DNA of 64,000 nt. Origin: Desulfobacterales bacterium. Lineage in GTDB: Bacteria; Desulfobacterota; Desulfobacteria; Desulfobacterales; UBA5616. Shown here in pieces: positions 58,915 through 64,000 of this stretch; position 1 is the first letter of the stretch, and each line of letters opens with the position of its first letter. A program made the translations under genes and the position numbers. The stretch lies in NCBI GenBank assembly GCA_046483495.1, contig JAWODC010000044.1, forward strand, positions 128,001 through 192,000. The letters run 5' to 3'. The notes beneath the pieces are model-generated. The model did not search any database, was not told the DNA's origin, and saw only the letters and a list, made by a program, of their open reading frames with translations.

Positions 58915-59634
58915 TTTTTTCTCCTCTTTTTTGGGTTTGGTTTTATGTCTTCTCCGCATTAGAGATGCAAGGGAATTGAAACAACACCTAAGTCAAAAAA
59001 AATGAGCAAAAAAACAAATGCTTGCAAAAAAAGATACCACCATCACCCTCCCTGCCACCATGGCACCGGCTCGTTTGGTGCGATGTTTAAGGCAAGCCCA
59101 TCCGAGTACCCGTTCGATGACACATATGTGTTTGAAAAAAGGCAAAATACGAAAGATCGATGGAAAGCGGCAGGTGAATGGGGGAAGCCGATAACAGTCG
59201 CTTGAAGCATTGACACACCGTTGATTGTTTTTATTTCAACTTTCGGAATAAAAAAATTCGGTTGGGTCATTCGATATAAAAGCCGAAAGTTTACATGGTA
59301 TCGCAAGGCATACCGGAATATATCCGACAACATTGAAATGAAAGCGATAATTGCCATTTGCATCTATGGGTTGATTCTTAGTATGTTGATTTTGTTTAGT
59401 CAATATTAAATTATGAATCAGATACAAAAAAATAAACTATTCATTTATATTTAGAACTTATTTGATAAAATAAACTGATATATATCCATTGTGGATGCAT
59501 CAGCACAGAAAATCTTTAATTTCGATGTGAAATACGAGATGGTCGTTCGCCGGTTTGGGATGATCCAAACCGCCCTGTCATGACCCCCGAATATTGAAAT
59601 GAAAGCCGAGCCGAATGTGTCGGATAAGGATCGA

Positions 59635-60648
59635 TTATTGAACCGATCGAAGAAACGTGCGCAGGTTGACTTTTTTGTGGGTGATGCCGAGCTTTGCCCT
59701 GATGTTGCGGCGATGAAATTCGATCGTGCGCAACGAAAGATTCAGGATATCGGCGATTTCTTTGTTGACCTTTCCCTGGGTGATCAGGTCGGCCACCTGG
59801 ATTTCCATCGGCGACAGGCTCAAGTGGTAAGTGGATAATTTTTGCATCAGCGGGGACATAATGTGTTCGATGTTATTCTCAAGGATATCCAGATAGGCCT
59901 TCTGCCGTTTTTTCGGGGATATTTTTCTCAGCTTTTCCAGTGTCGGCAGAACCAGGTTTCTCAAATTCAGTGCAACCTTTTCTTCGAGTTCGGCCTTGTC
60001 CGCATCCCGCTTTTCCAGCAGCACCTTGAGCGCGATATTGGCTTCATGCAAATGGGCGGTGCGCTGTTCGACGGTTTCCTCCAATTCCTGGTAGGCTTTC
60101 CGGAGCTTTTCCTCGGCCGCTTTGCGGTCCGTAATTTCCCGGCTGACTCCCAGGATCAAAGAAGGTTCATCTTTCTCATTGAAAAGAAAACGTGCCTTCA
60201 ATTCCACCCAAACGGTTCTGCCGCTTTCGTGCCGCTGGCCGACCTCGAGCTTGAACGGAGAATCCTGGGGCCTGTCGCAATTTTTCAACAGCGATAAAAT
60301 ATCGGCCATAAACCGCCTGAATTTGGTTCTTTCCTCGACAATAATGATATCCTCCCACTCCAGGTCCATGGCCCTTTCAGGACAATACCCGAGCAGATGT
60401 CGAATGGAGGGGCTGATAAAGGTGAATTTTTCAGCGTTGAAGTCAAACATCCAGATAACATCGGAGACATTATCGGCAAATAATTTGTACTTTTTTTCCA
60501 CTTCATCGAGCTGCCGTTTCAGTTTCCGGTTTTCACAAATCAACTGTCGCCCGGTCTTCTCGTAATCCTTCATATCGTCTGGTCCATTCCCGATCATTCT
60601 TGCACAATTGCCGCGTTCCTTTTTTATCATGTTTGTAAAATAATTCAA
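59635..60648 (-). CDS. PAS-domain LuxR-family transcriptional regulator
   Basis: PAS/PAC (SPSIRHLLGY, WVE, SREITDRK), coiled coil, LSPMEIQVA..GKVNKEIA..TIEFHR.NIR.KLG. Start uncertain. Confidence 0.9.
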   Translation of the reverse strand: MNYFTNMIKKERGNCARMIGNGPDDMKDYEKTGRQLICENRKLKRQLDEVEKKYKLFADNVSDVIWMFDFNAEKFTFISPSIRHLLGYCPERAMDLEWEDIIIVEERTKFRRFMADILSLLKNCDRPQDSPFKLEVGQRHESGRTVWVELKARFLFNEKDEPSLILGVSREITDRKAAEEKLRKAYQELEETVEQRTAHLHEANIALKVLLEKRDADKAELEEKVALNLRNLVLPTLEKLRKISPKKRQKAYLDILENNIEHIMSPLMQKLSTYHLSLSPMEIQVADLITQGKVNKEIADILNLSLRTIEFHRRNIRAKLGITHKKVNLRTFLRSVQ

Positions 60649-60877
60649 CTCTTCCTTACAGCTCGAATGATTGAACTTTCCTTGCCGCTCTCCGGTCCGG
60701 GCGCAGGCCTTTCAAACTCATTTTTCGCTACGGGGTTTTACTGCCAATTCCCCAAGTTTTTACCGGCGTTGACCGGCTCTAACCAGCATTCTATAAGAAA
60801 ATATCATTTAGTTTCTTCAACCCCGGCAATTCAGTTTGGGTCCATCCGGAAATCGAAACATGGAAAGGAGTTTACAG

Positions 60878-62104
60878 ATGGGAGTAAAAAGAAGAAGGCT
60901 GAACAGCTTCAGGTGTTCGGTCGGTTTAATCGCTTTGATCCTTGTGTTTTCCGTCCCCGCACTCGCGGAGGAACCCAAGGCCGGCGACGTGGTCGATTCG
61001 AGCAATATCGAACAGTATTCAGACTACCTGCCGTCCTTTTTGGCCCGTTTCGTCAAGGATGGATGGGGCTTTGAAAAACCCGTCGTCATTCACGTCACCA
61101 ACCCCAAACCCTGGCCCATAACCAAGCGGTTTGCAGAAGCGACGAAAAACAACATCGGGAAGGTCACGCTCACATCCGACGGGCTGCTGGAGGACTACGA
61201 AGAAATCGGGCTTCCGTTTCCGAATCCTCAAGAGCCGGATCTCGCTTTGAAAATCATGTGGAACCGGTATTACAAGGATTTGCCCGACGACTGGAGCCTG
61301 CCCGTATCGTTCAAGTCATACACAAGGCGCAAGGGCGGCGCCGTTAATTATTCCGACAGCATTTACGATGCACTGCAGTTCTCCGGGCGAACCTATGTAG
61401 AACCCTATCCGGTGCTCCCGAATCCGCACGGGTTGCGCCAGGCGACCCTGTCCAATTCCCTTACTCCGCCCAACAAAGACATGGCGACATTGACCTGGCG
61501 GTATGTAGAGCCGCTCAAAATGGATGACATGTGGACTTATGTGCCGACATTGAGAAGGACGCTTCGTATGGTTTCATCGGAAAGGGCCAATCCGATTCGG
61601 GGCCTCCCATTGACATGGGACGAACTTTTCGGGTTTGACGGCAAGGTGCCGCAATTTACCTATAAATTGTTGCGAGAGCAGAAAATTCTGGTGCTGGCCG
61701 ACCAGAATAAGACAGGAGACGACATTCCGCCCGGATACGAAATTCATCCGGTGCTGTTCGGAGAAGACGAACCCTACCAGGTGATGGATACGTATGTCGT
61801 TTCCATTAATTCTAAAGATCCGAGATATCCGAATTCGGACTGGCACCTCTGGGTGTCGAAAAGGAATTACGCCGGCATTTACGCGGAAACGTACAACCGG
61901 CGCGGCGAATTCTGGAAAGGCTACTTCCAGTCCTTCCAGGTTCGTCCTCTCGGCGATACGGGGGAGCAGTTTCCGATCAGTATCTGCAGCGGCGTCTGTG
62001 ATTTTATTACCCAGTACTGGTATTTTTCATGGACTGGTGAACTCAACATGAACACGGGCCTCAATCCGATTCAGTTCGATCCGGGTTCATTGGGAGCCTA
62101 TTGA
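60878..62104 (+). CDS. Second, divergent DUF1329 family protein
   Basis: ATG 60878 after AAGGAG; signal peptide; GLPFP, KIMWN, MWTYVPTLRR..R, YNRRGEFWK. Confidence 0.8.
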   Translation: MGVKRRRLNSFRCSVGLIALILVFSVPALAEEPKAGDVVDSSNIEQYSDYLPSFLARFVKDGWGFEKPVVIHVTNPKPWPITKRFAEATKNNIGKVTLTSDGLLEDYEEIGLPFPNPQEPDLALKIMWNRYYKDLPDDWSLPVSFKSYTRRKGGAVNYSDSIYDALQFSGRTYVEPYPVLPNPHGLRQATLSNSLTPPNKDMATLTWRYVEPLKMDDMWTYVPTLRRTLRMVSSERANPIRGLPLTWDELFGFDGKVPQFTYKLLREQKILVLADQNKTGDDIPPGYEIHPVLFGEDEPYQVMDTYVVSINSKDPRYPNSDWHLWVSKRNYAGIYAETYNRRGEFWKGYFQSFQVRPLGDTGEQFPISICSGVCDFITQYWYFSWTGELNMNTGLNPIQFDPGSLGAY

Positions 62105-62240
62105 TTTTCCCCCTGAACTTAAAGAATGTTTTTCATTTTTGGATGGACATTGAAGACCTGTCTCCACCACTGCGGGGCCTAAACATCCACGGTGGTGGAG
62201 ACTACGAATATGAATAAGTGCGAATAAGAAATGCACCCCA

Positions 62241-62873
62241 TCAGGCACGGAAAAGAAATTCCCTCAAACCGTTTCTATGGATAAACGATTTAACCGGCAC
62301 AAACGGCTGCATGAGTTCGAATATATCGCGATTCTCGCGTTTGGCTGCCGGAAGCCTGATGTGACACTGCGCTCGCAGGCTGACCGTATACTCCTCTCCC
62401 AATACGAAACTGTTCACAGGACCCGGCCCGGTGTCCTGATCGGCGGCAAATAACACGACATACCCCCGGGGCTTCACCATCTCCCCGCACCGGCAAATCA
62501 GTTTTGCGGCATCCCGGTTTTGAAGACGGTCCACGATATCCCAAAGTAAAATGCCGCTGAAAACGTCATGCGGGTAATCCAGTTGATCCCAGGCCCGATT
62601 CAGCCTTTTTCCGGTCTCGAGGTCCTTGATGACGGCACGGTAAAAATCATGAACATACAGTTTCCGAACCTTTTTGGAGATAAAATCGATATTTTCGCCG
62701 CACACCGGCCCCAGATCGAGTATGGTCGTTTTTGGCGGCGCTTCAAGCAATTCCATAAACAGTTTCAGGGCATTGCTTTTGAAAGACTCCGGCAATCGCG
62801 TATTCGGCACGCATTTTGGATCACTGTTCAGCATGAGAGAGCCAATCCGTCCACTACTTCCGCTTATCCGCAC
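62241..62873 (-). CDS. Class I SAM-dependent methyltransferase-like protein
   Basis: ILDLGP motif I-like, GILLWDI, VKPRG; follows/overlaps the bactofilin gene. Start uncertain. Confidence 0.65.
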   Translation of the reverse strand: MRISGSSGRIGSLMLNSDPKCVPNTRLPESFKSNALKLFMELLEAPPKTTILDLGPVCGENIDFISKKVRKLYVHDFYRAVIKDLETGKRLNRAWDQLDYPHDVFSGILLWDIVDRLQNRDAAKLICRCGEMVKPRGYVVLFAADQDTGPGPVNSFVLGEEYTVSLRAQCHIRLPAAKRENRDIFELMQPFVPVKSFIHRNGLREFLFRA

Positions 62874-63363
62874 CGGCCGCCAAAGAGACCGAATCCTGTT
62901 CTATTTCGCCGGATTTGGCGTCCATCGGTTTTATCAAGGACTCCACCTTTTTGTTGGTATCCCGCGCGATATCGATAACAGCCTTGATGATGGCACCGTC
63001 TTCCACGGATATCCGCTTGGCATGGATTTCACCGGTAAAATCGGCCTCCTTGGTGATCTTCACCCGGTCCAAAGCATGAATATTCCCTTTCAAACGCCCG
63101 CCGACGGTAACATTGCCCGCCCTTATCTCTGATTCCACGCTTCCCTTGGGGCCGATGGTAAGGTGAAACTTGTCCAGATCGATACTCCCTTTTACGGTCC
63201 CTTCGACAACCAGGTCTTCATTCCCCTGAATGCCGCCTTCGATGACAATCTGTTTGCCGATCACGGTTTTCCCGTTTTGGACAACGGGGCTAGGCACAAC
63301 CGGCGGAAAGGGTTCGGGTTCTACAGTGCTGTCCATGTCCTGATGCTTGTTTTTTTTCAGCAT
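62854..63363 (-). CDS. Bactofilin (polymer-forming cytoskeletal protein)
   Basis: TVIG..IVIEG.I.G.EDLVVEG.VKG beta-helix repeats, GNIHA, ISVEDGA. Confidence 0.92.
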   Translation of the reverse strand: MLKKNKHQDMDSTVEPEPFPPVVPSPVVQNGKTVIGKQIVIEGGIQGNEDLVVEGTVKGSIDLDKFHLTIGPKGSVESEIRAGNVTVGGRLKGNIHALDRVKITKEADFTGEIHAKRISVEDGAIIKAVIDIARDTNKKVESLIKPMDAKSGEIEQDSVSLAAGADKRK

Positions 63364-63588
63364 GGTTTTATCCTTTCATGGGTATAAAGAAGAAAACATC
63401 CGTTGCAAACCGACAATGAATACGGCTGCTCCAGGCAGGGTTGTTAATTTCCTGGTTAAGAAAGGGAAAGGGGATTGAGTGCCGACGCTCACGATAATCC
63501 GTCAACAGCCGGTCACGACGTCACACGTCGTGCAGCCGCAATGCTGATTATCAAATTGCGGGCATCCTACAAAATAAATGAGATATTT

Positions 63589-64000
63589 TCAATGAATTTT
63601 ATGCGGGTGTATCCCGAGCTTTCTCATTCGGCTGTACAGAGTGGTCCGCTTCATGCCCAACAGGTCGCCGGCACCTCCCTTTCCGCCGATTTTCCCATTG
63701 GTTTTTTCAAGAATATGCCGAATGTAACGCCGTTCAAGTTCTTCAAGAGAGGGGGTTTCGCCTAAAAGTCGGTCGGGTACGGCTAACCGGTATTTCGGTG
63801 CGTTGTCTTCGCTCGTCTGTGGAACCGGTTGTCCGGCTTTCAATTGGGCAAAATCCATTTTTCCGTTGGACGACAGCAGCACAGCCCTTTCCAATACATT
63901 TTTCAATTCCCTGACATTGCCCGGCCAGGGATAACGGGTGAGCGCCTCCATGTCGTCGGGTAAAATGGACAGTCCTTCCTTGCCGTACTTAACGGCATAC
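63589..64000 (-). CDS. Sigma-54-dependent (NtrC/Fis) activator, C-terminal part
   Basis: YPWPGNVRELKNVLER and Fis HTH (GAGDLLGMKRTTLYSRMRKLGI); 5' end outside the window. Confidence 0.92.
   Translation of the reverse strand, partial: YAVKYGKEGLSILPDDMEALTRYPWPGNVRELKNVLERAVLLSSNGKMDFAQLKAGQPVPQTSEDNAPKYRLAVPDRLLGETPSLEELERRYIRHILEKTNGKIGGKGGAGDLLGMKRTTLYSRMRKLGIHPHKIH

Noticed and set aside
59023..59039. Sigma-54 promoter for DUF1302 (TGGTATCTTTTTTTGCA, minus strand)
   Set aside because: The GG-GC spacing is 11 nt rather than the required 10.

Overview
64 kb of chromosome from an anaerobic bacterium; gene content suggests Desulfobacterota/deltaproteobacteria (inference). 1-17 kb is mostly housekeeping: hisA/hisB, tRNA-Ala(CGC), a YcaO-TPR protein, a dynamin-like/ParA pair, glycerate kinase, dtd, dacB, folE2, ttcA, rpoZ, greA, leuB, pssA/psd. 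The rest is mostly accessory. The strongest hidden feature is a MerB-like organometallic lyase (17796-18506, minus strand) that the ORF track splits. It has two in-frame UGA codons at the two catalytic Cys positions, each followed by a SECIS-like hairpin, so it is a probable di-selenocysteine protein. 24-38.6 kb is an IclR-led catabolic cluster (FrhB-type flavoprotein, IorAB, LutABC, two IlvD/Edd dehydratases, a divergent LarA racemase, a CoA-transferase) that reads as a pathway for an unknown hydroxy acid. After that come an orphan recC, a MITE inserted just upstream of a cobalamin riboswitch/btu ABC operon, beta-oxidation-type enzymes, an orphan DNA methyltransferase, a DUF1302-DUF1329-YCF48-RND envelope module with a second DUF1329, and a bactofilin. 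A dispersed MITE family, a REP doublet and two microsatellites are also visible. All calls come from reading motifs by eye; no database searches were run.
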